DNA of 64,000 nt from Azolla caroliniana. Its lineage: Eukaryota > Plantae > Polypodiophyta. Both the position numbers and the translations under genes were made by a program. A model generated the notes under the pieces. The model saw nothing but the letters and a program-made list of their open reading frames with translations, was not told the DNA's origin and made no database searches. This document shows positions 42,810 to 54,472 of this stretch, one piece after another. The stretch is from NCBI GenBank assembly GCA_043228905.1, contig JBHGNT010000001.1, forward strand, positions 28,210,001-28,274,000. Reading direction: 5' to 3'. Position 1 is the first letter of the stretch. Every line of letters starts with the position of its first letter.

Positions 42810-44902
42810 ACGTAACAGTGTACAGAGAGAGAGAGAGAGAGAAAGAGGTCGCTGCCTCTGTTGTAACCGCCGCCTGTGGCGAAGATCGTGAGCACGAGGT
42901 CGTTGCCTTTGTGAACTCACTGTTTTGTATATTCTTACATAGTGATAGTTTGCAGCCTGTGGGCTGCCGTGGTTTTTCCCTCTTTGGGTTTTCCACGTAA
43001 ACATTCTATGTACCCTTTTTCTCTCCTTTGTGTTGCGTGTTTTCGTTTCCTGTTTCCTATGTATGAAAAGAAGCTCGGTTGTGGCCGAGCGTTGTGTATA
43101 AGGAGTGTTGAGTTCCCGTCAAGTGGTATCAGAGCGAAACGACACAGAAAATGGACGAATCGTTTGGCGGCATGTTCAAGCTCACCGGCTCCAACTATTC
43201 AGTGTGGAAGTCGAAGATGAGGAACATGCTCGTGGTTAAAGACCTCTGGCTGCTGGTTCAGTTCGGGGACAAGAGACCGGACAAAATCGACGCCGCGATA
43301 TGGGAGGTGATGCACATGAAGACAACGGCGTACATACGGTGCTTCATCGACATGAGCCTGTACAACAACTTCAATGAAGAGAGCAAGGCTCATGAGCTCT
43401 GGGAGAAGATCGGCATAATGTTTCAAAACAAAAATGTTGTTAATCAGGTTTCGGTATTCCGGAAGCTAGTAAGACTCTGGTACCAAGATGGCTCCAGCAT
43501 GGCGGAGCATATGAATGCCTTCCAGGGGCTGATACACCAGGCAACGTCATTGGAAGTACCTCTTGCCGATGAGGTATTAGCGCTACTCCTGCTCGGTTCC
43601 CTCCCGGATAGCTGGGAGACGTTGGTTGTCACTTTGGGCAACGACGGGCCGGAAGGAAAACGGTTATCCCTAGCAAGAGTAAAGTCGAGCTTGCTAGATG
43701 AGGAGGCGCGTCAGAAAGACAAAGATACGAGCTCCGACTCCAAAGCGCTTATTACCGAATCGGAACGCGGAAGACATAGAAACCGTAGTCCCCTGAACCG
43801 GGAGAAGTCGGGGACACGGTCAAAGTCAAGGGGGAGGCCTACTTGCTTCTATTGCGGCAAGCCGGGACACTTCCAAAAGAACTGTCGGCATTTCCGTAAA
43901 GACAAGGAAACCGACGGTACTGATTCGAAGCAAAACCCGGACCGGAACGGTAAAGACCGGAAGGGGACGGACCGGAAGGGAACGACGACAATCGCGGCAA
44001 GTGAAGAGGAGTTGATGCTCATCACCGAGGAAAGTGAGATAAACCTTGCCGGCGATGAGATGACCTGGGTGGTAGACTCTGGAGCGTCGTTCCACCTTAC
44101 CCCGGACCGGAAATGCTTCTCATCCTACTCAGTCGGTGACCACGGCTGTGTCCGGATGGGGAATGAAGGTACATGCCGAATTATCGGCATAGGAGACGTG
44201 TGGCTGTCAACACCAACCGGATGCAAGTTGCTGCTGAAGGGTGTCCGACACGTTCCGTAAGTTCGTCTGAACCTGATATCTGTTGGGAAACGACCCTTCT
44301 ATTTTCCTTCACCGCTCGGCCACAACCGAGTAATCGCGAATCAATGGAGCAGAAAATGGGAAAATACAAAGATTAGAGAGGACACACGATTTATCGTGGA
44401 AAAACCCTGTACGGGAAAAAACCACGGGAGTACAAGACTCCAAACCAACACTATGCACAGAAAGGTATACAATGGCGAGCTGCAAGGCGACGACCTTGAG
44501 CTCGCTGTCCTCGCCACAGGCGGCGGAAATACACAGAGGCGTCGTCCTCTTCCTCTCTCGCGCTCTATCTCTCTCTCTCTCTCGCGGCTGCTCTCTCTTC
44601 ACTCTTCTAGAGTGGAAAAACAGAAAAATGAATAGCAACACCAAAACAGTTTGCCGTAAGTCATATTTATACATATATGACTTTGGGGCTATTTACAACT
44701 ATAGCCTCAGGGGGGCCCTTAGCAGACATATTCACGGATATGTCCCTGCATCCGGATCTCTTCTTCGGGTACATTCGTCATCCGACTCCGAAGTCGGGGT
44801 CTTCATCATCCGGTTCCGAAACCGAAACTGGGCTTGTCGGCATTCATCTCCGACATCCGACCATCCCATCCGAAGGGACCGTAATCCCAACAAACTCCCC
44901 CT

Positions 44903-47900
44903 TCACTTCGGCATGGGATGTCTCTCCAATCCGATCCTCTTCCGGCATGCTTCCAGCTTGTCGGGTGTGAGCACCTTGGTCAGCATATCCGACCCGTTCT
45001 CGTCCGTGTGGATCTTTGTCAGCACGAACTCCTTGTCTTCTATCCTTTCCCGGATCCAGTGATATCTTCGCTGGATGTGCTTCGTCCGGGAGTGATAGGC
45101 CGCGTTCTTCGCAAGGTGGATTGCACTCTGACTGTCGCAGTAGAGTCGGTACTCCTCCTGCCGGATACCGAGCTCTCTAATGAAGTCTTTCATCCATATT
45201 ACTTCCTTGCCGGCTTCAACAGCCGCCATGTACTCCGCCTCCGTGGTTGACAACGCAACCGTCTTCTGCAGCCTCGACTGCCATGAAACAGCTCCACCTG
45301 CATACGTCATCACATACCCTGATGTGGACCGGCTGGTATCTGCATCAGCCGACATATCCGAATCGGTGAAGCCGTCGAGTTCGGGCTTACCGGAGCCGAA
45401 TCGGAGGCACACGTTTGCCGTGCCCTTCAGGTATCGGAGTATCCACTTGGCCGCGTTCCAATGCTCTTTGCCGGGATTGCTCATGTACCGGCTCACCACT
45501 CCGACTGCGTATCCTATGTCCGGTCTCGTACACACCATGGCGTACATCAAGCTCCCGATGGCTGAGGCATACGGCACTTTCATCATATCCTCCTTTTCAG
45601 CCTTTGTCTTGGGACTTTGCTTGCTGGACAGCTTGCAGTTTGCCGGGAGGGTCGATCCGACCGGTCTTGCTTCCGACATGTTGAACCGGTGAAGCACCTT
45701 CGTCACATACTTCTCCTGTGACAGCCACAACTGCTTCTTCTCCCGGTCCCGGATGATGTGCATCCCTAGTATTTGTCTCGCCGAACCCAGGTCCTTCATT
45801 GAGAAGGTTCGGTGAAGAGCCTTCTTCAGCATCCGTATCTTGACCTGGTCCCGTCCGACGATCAACATGTCGTCCACGTACAGGAGGAGTATTAGGAAGT
45901 CTCCTCCTTCGAACTTCTTCACAAACACGCAGTGGTCGGACTGGGTTTTGAGGTACCCTTCGTCGGTCATGAAGGAGTCGAACTTCCGGTACCATTGCCG
46001 AGGAGCCTGCTTCAGTCCGTAAAGGCTCTTCTTCAATCGGCATACCAGGTGCTCCTTCCCTTTCTTCTCGAATCCTTCCGGTTGCTGCATGTAGATCTCT
46101 TCATCGAGGTCACCGTGAAGGAATGCCGTCTTCATGTCCATCTGTTCTACCTCGAGGTCCATGCTTGCCGCTATGCTCAGCACTGTCCGGATGGAAGTCA
46201 TCTTCACTACCGGGGCAAATATCTCGTCGAAGTCGACGCCCTTCTTCTGCTGAAACCCCTTCACCACGATCCTGGCTTTATATCTCGGGGGGTTTCCGGC
46301 ATCTCCCGGTTTCAGCTTGAACACCCACTTGTTACGGAGTGCCCGTTTTCCTTTCGGCAGCTCCACAAGTTCATATGTGTGGTTCTCATGCAGGGAATCC
46401 ATCTCGTCCTGCATGGCACTCAACCACCTGCGACTCTGGGTGTCATGCTTTGCCTCTTCAAAGCTCTCCGGCTCCCCCTCGTCGGTTAGCAACAGGTGCT
46501 CTGGTTCCGGAAATCTTCGGGGGGCCCTTCTCTCTCTTAGAGGATATCTCCGTTCAGGAGCTTCGGTAACCGGTTCTTCCGATTCTTCTTCTTCATCCGA
46601 ATCCGGTTCGGGATCGGGGCCGGTTCCGGTATCATTTTCATCTTCTTCGGCCGGTTCTGTTTCTTCACCGTCTTCGGCCGGATCCTCGAGTGCTAACCGG
46701 TCCCTTGCCGGTCGGGACTGCTCCTCGTAGAGTTGATCCTCACCGGTCGACTTGGAGCTCTTCATCTTCTTCTCCGACTCCCAGTCGGCGAGTGTCTTGT
46801 CCTCCATGAAGATGATGTCTCGACTCCTGAATATCTTCTTGTCGACCGGGTCCCATACTCGGTAGCCGAACTCGTCGTCGCCGTAACCGAGGAATATGCA
46901 TGGCCGGGTCTTCGGATCTAGCTTTCCTCTCCGGTCTTTTGCCACATGCACGTATGCGAGACACCCGAACACTTTCAGATGCCGGTAAGATACTTCCCTA
47001 CCGGTCCACACTCTCTGCGGCGTGTCTCCGTCCAAAGGTACTGAGGGTGATCTGTTTATCACGTATGTCGCCGTCGACATTGCCTCAGCCCAAAACCCCT
47101 TGGGTAATTTCGCATGCGCCAGCATACTCCGGACCCTCTCCATTATGGTCCGGTTCATCCTCTCGGCCAGCCCGTTCAGTTCCGGCGTCTTCGGCACAGT
47201 AAACTCGAGCCGGATTCCCTTCGAGCGACAGTACTCCTGGAACTGCCCCCGGTATTCCCCTCCGTTATCCGCTCGTATCGCTTTCAGCTTCTTGCCGGAT
47301 TCCCTTTCCACTCTCGCGTGGAGTTCTTTGAAGACGCACAACACTTGGTCCTTTGTCTTCAGCGGTGCCGTCCACAGCTTCCGGCTGTGATCATCAACGA
47401 ATGTTACGAAGTACTGGGCTCCGCCATGTGACTTCGTTTCTACCTGACATACATCAGTGTGCACCAACTCCAATGGTGCGCTACGTCTCGTCGGTGGCCT
47501 TGAGTGGAAGGAGGTTCGGTTCTGCTTACCGGCCAGGCAATCGGTGCACTTCTCCAGGTGCACATGCTTCACTGGAATAAGGTTGTCTTCTGCAAGCCTC
47601 TTCATCCCCTTCTCACTCATGTGACACAGTCTTTTGTGCCACAGCTCACCGGCAGTGTCGACTGCCACATTCAGCTCTTCCGGACATAACCGGGCATTCA
47701 TAAGGTACAGTGTGTTGTCTTTCCGGGCCCGAGCCACTATCAGGCTCCCCTTGCTGAACTTCATCACGCCGTTCCGGATGCTACCTGTGTAGCCTTCATC
47801 ATCTAGCCTCCCGGCCGAAATCAGGTTCAATCGAACCTCCGGAACGTGTCGGACATCCTTCAGCAGCATTTTGCATCCGGTCGGGGTTGTCAACCACACG

Positions 47901-48979
47901 TCTCCTATGCCGGCAATCCGGCACGTACCTTCATTTCCCATCCGAACACAGCCATGCTCACCGGCTGTGTAGGATGAGAAGTATCTTCTCTCCGGGGTCA
48001 GGTGGAACGATGCTCCGTAATCGACCACCCAGGTCGTCTCATCGCCAGCAATGTTTAGCTCACCTTCTTCGGTGATGACCATGATTTCTTCCTCACTTGC
48101 CGCGAGTGCCGTCGTTCCTTTCCTGTCCTGCCCTCGCCGATCCGAACTTCTCCGGTCCGTGGCTCCCCGGTATGCACCGTTTCTCTCCGGTGACTTCTTC
48201 GAATCGGTGTCGTCGGCTCCGTTGTCTTTTCGGTAATGCCGACAATTTTTCCGGAAGTGCCCCGGCTTCCCACAGTGGAAGCATGTGGGCCTTCCTCTTG
48301 ACTGCGACCGGGTCCCCGACTTCTCCCGTCTTTGCGGACTCCGGTTCCATTGTCTTCCCCGATCCGATTCGGTAAGCAGCGCCTTCGGGTCGGAGGCCGG
48401 TTCTTTATCTCTCCGACGCGCTTCTTCATTCAGAATACTCGTCTTTACCGTTTGCAAGGACAAGTTATCCTCTGTGCAGGAGGTGCTGAGAGTCACCACC
48501 AAGTTCTCCCAGCTTTCCGGCAATGTACACATCAGGATGATGGCTTGCATTGCATCCTCCAACGGGAACTTGATCGCCGCAAGCTGATTCACGAATCCCA
48601 TGAACGTGCTTACGTGTTCCACCATACTCTCGCCGTCTCGATACTTGAGGTTCACTATCTTCCTCATCAGGGAGGTCCGGTTCAACGCATTCTTCCTCTC
48701 GTAGAGGCCCGACAGCTTCTTCCACATCTCATATGCGTTGGTGTCGTTCGCCACATGTTGTAGGACGCTCACATCGACATATTGTCGGATCGTCGCTACG
48801 GCTTTCCGCTTCAGGAGCTTCCACTCCGACTCAAGTACCCCTTTCGGTATTTCCGACCTGTCAATCGGTTCGTACAGGTCCCGAACAATCAGAAGATCCT
48901 CCATCTTGATCTTCCAGTCGGCGTAATTCTGCGCGTTCAGCACCATCATCCCCGGCTGCCCGCTGCCGCCGCCTTCCAT
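44903..48979 (-). CDS. Copia Gag-Pol, 1358 aa (protease motif reads DYGA instead of DSGA)
   Basis: All domains in one frame: CFHCGKPGH, WVVDYGAS, HTDVC/ADNGGE/AERMN, YVDD, GFTDSD. Confidence 0.95.
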   Translation of the reverse strand: MEGGGSGQPGMMVLNAQNYADWKIKMEDLLIVRDLYEPIDRSEIPKGVLESEWKLLKRKAVATIRQYVDVSVLQHVANDTNAYEMWKKLSGLYERKNALNRTSLMRKIVNLKYRDGESMVEHVSTFMGFVNQLAAIKFPLEDAMQAIILMCTLPESWENLVVTLSTSCTEDNLSLQTVKTSILNEEARRRDKEPASDPKALLTESDRGRQWNRSPQRREKSGTRSQSRGRPTCFHCGKPGHFRKNCRHYRKDNGADDTDSKKSPERNGAYRGATDRRSSDRRGQDRKGTTALAASEEEIMVITEEGELNIAGDETTWVVDYGASFHLTPERRYFSSYTAGEHGCVRMGNEGTCRIAGIGDVWLTTPTGCKMLLKDVRHVPEVRLNLISAGRLDDEGYTGSIRNGVMKFSKGSLIVARARKDNTLYLMNARLCPEELNVAVDTAGELWHKRLCHMSEKGMKRLAEDNLIPVKHVHLEKCTDCLAGKQNRTSFHSRPPTRRSAPLELVHTDVCQVETKSHGGAQYFVTFVDDHSRKLWTAPLKTKDQVLCVFKELHARVERESGKKLKAIRADNGGEYRGQFQEYCRSKGIRLEFTVPKTPELNGLAERMNRTIMERVRSMLAHAKLPKGFWAEAMSTATYVINRSPSVPLDGDTPQRVWTGREVSYRHLKVFGCLAYVHVAKDRRGKLDPKTRPCIFLGYGDDEFGYRVWDPVDKKIFRSRDIIFMEDKTLADWESEKKMKSSKSTGEDQLYEEQSRPARDRLALEDPAEDGEETEPAEEDENDTGTGPDPEPDSDEEEESEEPVTEAPERRYPLRERRAPRRFPEPEHLLLTDEGEPESFEEAKHDTQSRRWLSAMQDEMDSLHENHTYELVELPKGKRALRNKWVFKLKPGDAGNPPRYKARIVVKGFQQKKGVDFDEIFAPVVKMTSIRTVLSIAASMDLEVEQMDMKTAFLHGDLDEEIYMQQPEGFEKKGKEHLVCRLKKSLYGLKQAPRQWYRKFDSFMTDEGYLKTQSDHCVFVKKFEGGDFLILLLYVDDMLIVGRDQVKIRMLKKALHRTFSMKDLGSARQILGMHIIRDREKKQLWLSQEKYVTKVLHRFNMSEARPVGSTLPANCKLSSKQSPKTKAEKEDMMKVPYASAIGSLMYAMVCTRPDIGYAVGVVSRYMSNPGKEHWNAAKWILRYLKGTANVCLRFGSGKPELDGFTDSDMSADADTSRSTSGYVMTYAGGAVSWQSRLQKTVALSTTEAEYMAAVEAGKEVIWMKDFIRELGIRQEEYRLYCDSQSAIHLAKNAAYHSRTKHIQRRYHWIRERIEDKEFVLTKIHTDENGSDMLTKVLTPDKLEACRKRIGLERHPMPK

Positions 48980-49136
48980 TTTCTGCAGCAGTTCGCTCTG
49001 ATACCAGATTGTTGGGAAACGACCCTTCTATTTTCCTTCACCGCTCGGCCACAACCGAGTAATCGCGAATCAATGGAGCAGAAAATGGGAAAATACAAAG
49101 ATTAGAGAGGACACACGATTTATCGTGGAAAAACCC

Positions 49137-52100
49137 TGTTGGGAATCAACGCTTCGATTCACCTTCTTCCCTCGGCCACAACCGAGTAATCGCGGATCAA
49201 TGCAGCAGAAAATAGGAACCACACAATAAAACAAGAACGCGAGTACACAGGGATTAACGTGGAAAACCCAGACGGGAAAAACCACGGGAGTACAAGACTC
49301 CAACCCAACACTATACAGAGAAGTATACAATGGCGAGCTGCAAGGCGACGACCTTGAGCTCGCTGTCCTCGCCACAGGCGGCGGAAATACACAGAGGCGT
49401 CTACCTCTTCGTCTCTCGCGCTCTATCTCTCTCTCTCTCTCACGGCTGCTTCTTCTTCACTCCTCTTGAGTGGAAAAACAGAAAAATGATAAGCAACAAC
49501 AAATCTGTTTGCCCTAAGTCATATTTATACTTATATGACTTTGGGCTATTTACAACTGTGGCCTCAGGGGCCCATAGCGAACATATTCACGGATATGTCC
49601 CTGCATCCGGATCGCTCTCCGGGTACATTCGTCATCCGGCACCGAAGCCGGGGTCTTCAACATCCGGATCCGAAACCGAAACCGGGCTCGTCGGCATTCA
49701 TCTCCGACATCCGACCATCCCATGCGAAGGGACCGTAATCCCAACAAACTCCCCCTTCACTTCGGCATGGGATGTCTCTCCAATCCGATCCTCTTCCGGC
49801 ATGCTTCCAGCTTGTCGGGTGTGAGGACCTTGGTCAGCATATCCGACCCGTTCTCGTCCGTGTGGATCTTTGTCAGCACGAACTCCTTGTCTTCTATCCT
49901 TTCCCGGATCCAGTGATATCTTCGCTGGATGTGCTTCGTCCGGGAGTGATAGGCCGCGTTCTTCGCAAGGTGGATTGCACTCTGACTGTCACAGTAGAGT
50001 CGGTACTCCTCCTGTCGGATACCGAGCTCTCTAATGAAGTCCTTCATCCATATTAATTCCTTGCCGGCTTCAACAGCCGCCATGTACTCCGCCTCCGTGG
50101 TTGACAACGCAACCGTCTTCTGCAGCCTCGACTGCCATGAAACAGCTCCCCCTGCATACGTCATCACATACCCTGATGTGGACCGGCTGGTATCTGCATC
50201 AGCCGACATATCTGAATCGGTGAAACCGTCGAGTTCGGGTTTACCGGAGCCGAATCGGAGGCACACATTCGCTGTGCCCTTCAGGTATCGGAGTATCCAC
50301 TTGACCGCGTTCCAATGCTCTTTGCCGGGATTGCTCATGTACCGGCTCACCACTCCGACTGCATATCCTATGTCCGGTCTCGTACACACCATGGCGTACA
50401 TCAAGCTCCCGACGGCTGAGGCATACGGCACTTTCATCATATCCTCCTTTTCAGCCTTTGTCTTGGGACTTTGCTTGCTGGACAGCTTGCAGTTTGCCGG
50501 GAGGGTCGATCCGACCGGTCTTGCTTCCGACATGTTGAACCGGTGAAGCACCTTCGTCACGTACTTCTCCTGTGACAGCCACAACTGCTTCTTCTTCCGG
50601 TCCCGGATGATGTGCATCCCTAGTATTTGCCTCGCCGGACCCAGGTCCTTCATTGAGAAGGTTCGGTGAAGAGCCTTCTTCAGCATCCGTATCTTGACCT
50701 GGTCCCGTCCGACGATCAACATGTCGTCCACGTACAGGAGGAGTATTAGGAAGTCTCCTCCTTCGAACTTCTTCACAAACACGCAGTGGTCGGACTGCGT
50801 TTTGAGGTACCCTTCTTCGGTCATGAAGGAGTCGAATTTCCGGTACCATTGCCGGGGAGCCTGCTTCAGTCCGTAAAGGCTCTTCTTCAACCGGCATACC
50901 AGGTGCTCCTTCCCTTTCTTCTCGAATCCTTCCGGTTGCTGCATGTAGATCTCTTCATCGAGGTCACCGTGAAGGAATGCCGTCTTCACGTCCATCTGTT
51001 CTACCTCGAGGTCCATGCTTGCCGCTATGCTCAGCACTGTCCGGATGGAGGTCATCTTCACTACCGGGGCAAATATCTCGTCGAAGTCGACGCCCTTCTT
51101 CTGCTGAAACCCCTTCACCACGATCCTGGCTTTATATCTCGGGGGGTTTCCGGCATCTCCCGGTTTCAGCTTGAACACCCACTTGTTTCGAAGTGCCCGC
51201 TTTCCTTTCGGCAACTCCACAAGTTCATATGTGAGGTTCTCATGCAGGGAATCCATCTCGTCCTGCATGGCACTCAACCACCTGCGGCTCTGGGTGTCAT
51301 GCTTTGCTTCTTCAAAGCTCTCCGGCTCCCCCTCGTCGGTTAGCAGCACGTGCTCTGGTTCCGGAAATCTCTGGGGGGCTCTCCTCTCTCTTAGAGGATA
51401 TCTCCGTTCGGGAGCTTCGGTAACCGGTTCTTCCGATTCTTCTTCTTCATCCGAATCCATTTCGGGATCGGGGCCGGTTCCGGTATCATTTTCATCTTCT
51501 TCGGCCGGTTCTGTTTCTTCACCGTCTTCGGCCGGGTCCTCGAGTGCTAACCGGTCCCTTGTCGGTCGGGACTGCTCCTCGTAGAGTTGATCCTCACCGA
51601 TCGACTTGGAGCTCTTCATCTTCTTCTCCGACTCCCAGTCGGCGAGTGTCTTGTCCTCCATAAAGACGATATCTCGACTCCTGAATATCTTCTTGTCGAC
51701 CGGGTCCCATACTCGGTAGCCGAACTCGTCGTCGCCGTAACCGAGGAATATGCATGGCCGGGTCTTCGGATCTAGCTTTCCTCTCCGGTTCTTAGCCACG
51801 TGCACGTATGCGAGACACCCGAACACCTTCAGATGCCGGTAGGATACTTCCCTACCGGTCCACACTCTCTGCGGCGTGTCTCCGTCCAAAGGTACTGAGG
51901 GTGATCGGTTTATCACATATGTCGCCGTCGACATTGCCTCAGCCCAAAACCCCTTGGGTAATTTCGCATGCGCAAGCATACTCCGAACCCTCTCCATTAT
52001 GGTCCGGTTCATCCTCTCGGCCAGCCCGTTCAGTTCCGGCGTCTTCGGCACAGTAAACTCGAGTCGGATTCCCTTCGAGCGACAGTACTCCTGGAACTGC

Positions 52101-54472
52101 CCTCGGTATTCCCCTCCGTTATCCGCTCGTATCGCTTTCAGCTTCTTGCCGGATTCCCTTTCCACTCTCGCGTGGAGTTCTTTGAAGACGCACAACACTT
52201 GGTCCTTTGTCTTCAACGGTGCCGTCCACAGCTTCCGGCTGTAATCATCAATGAATGTTACGAAGTACTGGGCTCCGCCATGTGACTTCGTTTCTACCTG
52301 ACACACATCAGTGTGCACCAACTCCAATGGTGCGCTACGTCTCGTCGGTGGCCTTGAGTGGAAGGAGGTTCGGTTTTGCTTACCGGCCAGGCAGTCGGTG
52401 CACTTCTCCAGGTGCACATGCTTCACCGGAATAAGGTTGTCTTCTGCAAGCCTCTTCATCCCCTTCTCACTCATGTGGCACAGTCTTTTGTGCCACAGCT
52501 CACCGGCAGTGTCGGCTGCCACATTCAGCTCTTCCGGACATAACCGGGCATTCATCAGGTACAGTGTGTTGACCTTCCGGGCCCGAGCCACTATCAAGCT
52601 CCCCTTGCTGAACTTCATGACACCGTTCCGGATGCTACCCGTGTAGCCTTCATCATCTAGCCTCCCGGCCGAAATCAGGTTCAGTCGGACCTCCGGAACG
52701 TGTCGGACATTCTTCAGCAGCATTTTGCATCCGGTCGGGGTTGTCAACCACACGTTTCCTATGCCGGCAATCCGGCACGTACCTTCGTTTCCCATCCGAA
52801 CACAGCCATGCTCGCCGGCTGTGTAGGATGAGAAGTATCTTCTCTCCGGGGTCAGGTGGAACGATGCTCCGGAATCGACCACCCAGGTCGTCTCATCGCC
52901 GGCAATGTTTAGTTCACCTTCTTCGGTGATGAGCATGATCTCCTCTTCACTTGCCGCGAGTGCCGTCGTTCCTTTTCGGTCCTGTCCTCGCCGATCCGAA
53001 CCATTCCGGTCCGTGGCTCCCCGGTATGCACCGTTTCTCTCCGGTGACTTCTTCGAATCGGTGTTGTCGGTTCCATTGTCTTTTCGGTAATGCCGACAAT
53101 TCTTTCGGAAGTGCCCCGGCTTCCCACAGTGGAAGCATGTGGGCCTTCCTTTTGACTGCGACCGGGTCCCCGACTTCTCCCGTCTTTGCGGACTCCAGTT
53201 CCATTGTCTTCCCCGATCCGATTCGGTAAACAACATCTTCGGGTCGGAGGCCTGTTCCTTATCTCTCCGACGCGCTTCTTCGTTCAAAATACTTGTCTTT
53301 ACCGTTTGTAGAGACAAGTTATCTTCGGTGCAGGAGGTGCTGAGAGTCACCACCAAGTTCTCCCAGCTTTCCGGCAATGTACACATCAGGATGATGGCTT
53401 GCATTGCATCCTCCAACGGGAACTTGATCGCTGCAAGCTGATTCACGAATCCCATGAACGTGCTTACGTGTTCCACCATACTCTCGCCGTCCCGGTACTT
53501 GAGATTCACTATCTTCCTCATCAGGGAGGTCCGGTTCAACGCATTCTTCCTCTCGTAGAGGCCCGACAGCTTCTTCCACATCTCATATGCGTTGGTGTCG
53601 TTCGCCACATGTTGTAGGACGCTTACATCGACATATTGTCGGATCGTCGCTACGGCTTTCCGGTTCAGGAGCTTCCACTCCGACTCAAGTACCCCCTTCG
53701 GTATTTCCGACCTGTCAATCGGTTCGTACAGGTCCCGAACAATCAGGAGATCCTCCATCTTGATCTTCCAGTCGGCGTAATTCTGTGCATTCAGCACCAT
53801 CATCCCCGGCTGCCCGCTGCCGCCGCCTTCCATTTTCTGCAACAGTCGCTCTGATACCAGTTTGTTGGGAATCAACGCTTCGATTCACCTTCTTCCCTCG
53901 GCCACAACCGAGTAATCGCGGATCAATGCAGCAGAAAATAGGAACCACACAATAAAACAAGAACGCGAGTACACAGGGATTAACGTGGAAAACCCAGACG
54001 GGAAAAACCACGGGAGTACAAGACTCCAACCCAACACTATACAGAGAAGTATACAATGGCGAGCTGCAAGGCGACGACCTTGAGCTCGCTGTCCTCGCCA
54101 CAGGCGGCGGAAATACACAGAGGCGTCTACCTCTTCGTCTCTCGCGCTCTATCTCTCTCTCTCTCTCACGGCTGCTTCTTCTTCACTCCTCTTGAGTGGA
54201 AAAACAGAAAAATGATAAGCAACAACAAATCTGTTTGCCCTAAGTCATATTTATACTTATATGACTTTGGGCTATTTACAACTGTGGCCTCAGGGGCCCA
54301 TAGCGAACATATTCACGGATATGTCCCTGCATCCGGATCGCTCTCCGGGTACATTCGTCATCCGGCACCGAAGCCGGGGTCTTCAACATCCGGATCCGAA
54401 ACCGAAACCGGGCTCGTCGGCATTCATCTCCGACATCCGACCATCCCATGCGAAGGGACCGTAATCCCAACA
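49137..54472 (-). mobile_element. Ty1/copia element C, intact and very young, sister of B
   Basis: TSD AACCC. 610-bp LTRs at 49137-49746 and 53863-54472 with no difference seen; iMet PBS and PPT present. Confidence 0.96.
49757..53833 (-). CDS. Copia Gag-Pol, 1358 aa, intact
   Basis: Near-identical to the element B protein. The likely start is ATG 53833 (MEGGGSG), because the upstream extension of the ORF track lies in the LTR/PBS. Confidence 0.95.
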   Translation of the reverse strand: MEGGGSGQPGMMVLNAQNYADWKIKMEDLLIVRDLYEPIDRSEIPKGVLESEWKLLNRKAVATIRQYVDVSVLQHVANDTNAYEMWKKLSGLYERKNALNRTSLMRKIVNLKYRDGESMVEHVSTFMGFVNQLAAIKFPLEDAMQAIILMCTLPESWENLVVTLSTSCTEDNLSLQTVKTSILNEEARRRDKEQASDPKMLFTESDRGRQWNWSPQRREKSGTRSQSKGRPTCFHCGKPGHFRKNCRHYRKDNGTDNTDSKKSPERNGAYRGATDRNGSDRRGQDRKGTTALAASEEEIMLITEEGELNIAGDETTWVVDSGASFHLTPERRYFSSYTAGEHGCVRMGNEGTCRIAGIGNVWLTTPTGCKMLLKNVRHVPEVRLNLISAGRLDDEGYTGSIRNGVMKFSKGSLIVARARKVNTLYLMNARLCPEELNVAADTAGELWHKRLCHMSEKGMKRLAEDNLIPVKHVHLEKCTDCLAGKQNRTSFHSRPPTRRSAPLELVHTDVCQVETKSHGGAQYFVTFIDDYSRKLWTAPLKTKDQVLCVFKELHARVERESGKKLKAIRADNGGEYRGQFQEYCRSKGIRLEFTVPKTPELNGLAERMNRTIMERVRSMLAHAKLPKGFWAEAMSTATYVINRSPSVPLDGDTPQRVWTGREVSYRHLKVFGCLAYVHVAKNRRGKLDPKTRPCIFLGYGDDEFGYRVWDPVDKKIFRSRDIVFMEDKTLADWESEKKMKSSKSIGEDQLYEEQSRPTRDRLALEDPAEDGEETEPAEEDENDTGTGPDPEMDSDEEEESEEPVTEAPERRYPLRERRAPQRFPEPEHVLLTDEGEPESFEEAKHDTQSRRWLSAMQDEMDSLHENLTYELVELPKGKRALRNKWVFKLKPGDAGNPPRYKARIVVKGFQQKKGVDFDEIFAPVVKMTSIRTVLSIAASMDLEVEQMDVKTAFLHGDLDEEIYMQQPEGFEKKGKEHLVCRLKKSLYGLKQAPRQWYRKFDSFMTEEGYLKTQSDHCVFVKKFEGGDFLILLLYVDDMLIVGRDQVKIRMLKKALHRTFSMKDLGPARQILGMHIIRDRKKKQLWLSQEKYVTKVLHRFNMSEARPVGSTLPANCKLSSKQSPKTKAEKEDMMKVPYASAVGSLMYAMVCTRPDIGYAVGVVSRYMSNPGKEHWNAVKWILRYLKGTANVCLRFGSGKPELDGFTDSDMSADADTSRSTSGYVMTYAGGAVSWQSRLQKTVALSTTEAEYMAAVEAGKELIWMKDFIRELGIRQEEYRLYCDSQSAIHLAKNAAYHSRTKHIQRRYHWIRERIEDKEFVLTKIHTDENGSDMLTKVLTPDKLEACRKRIGLERHPMPK

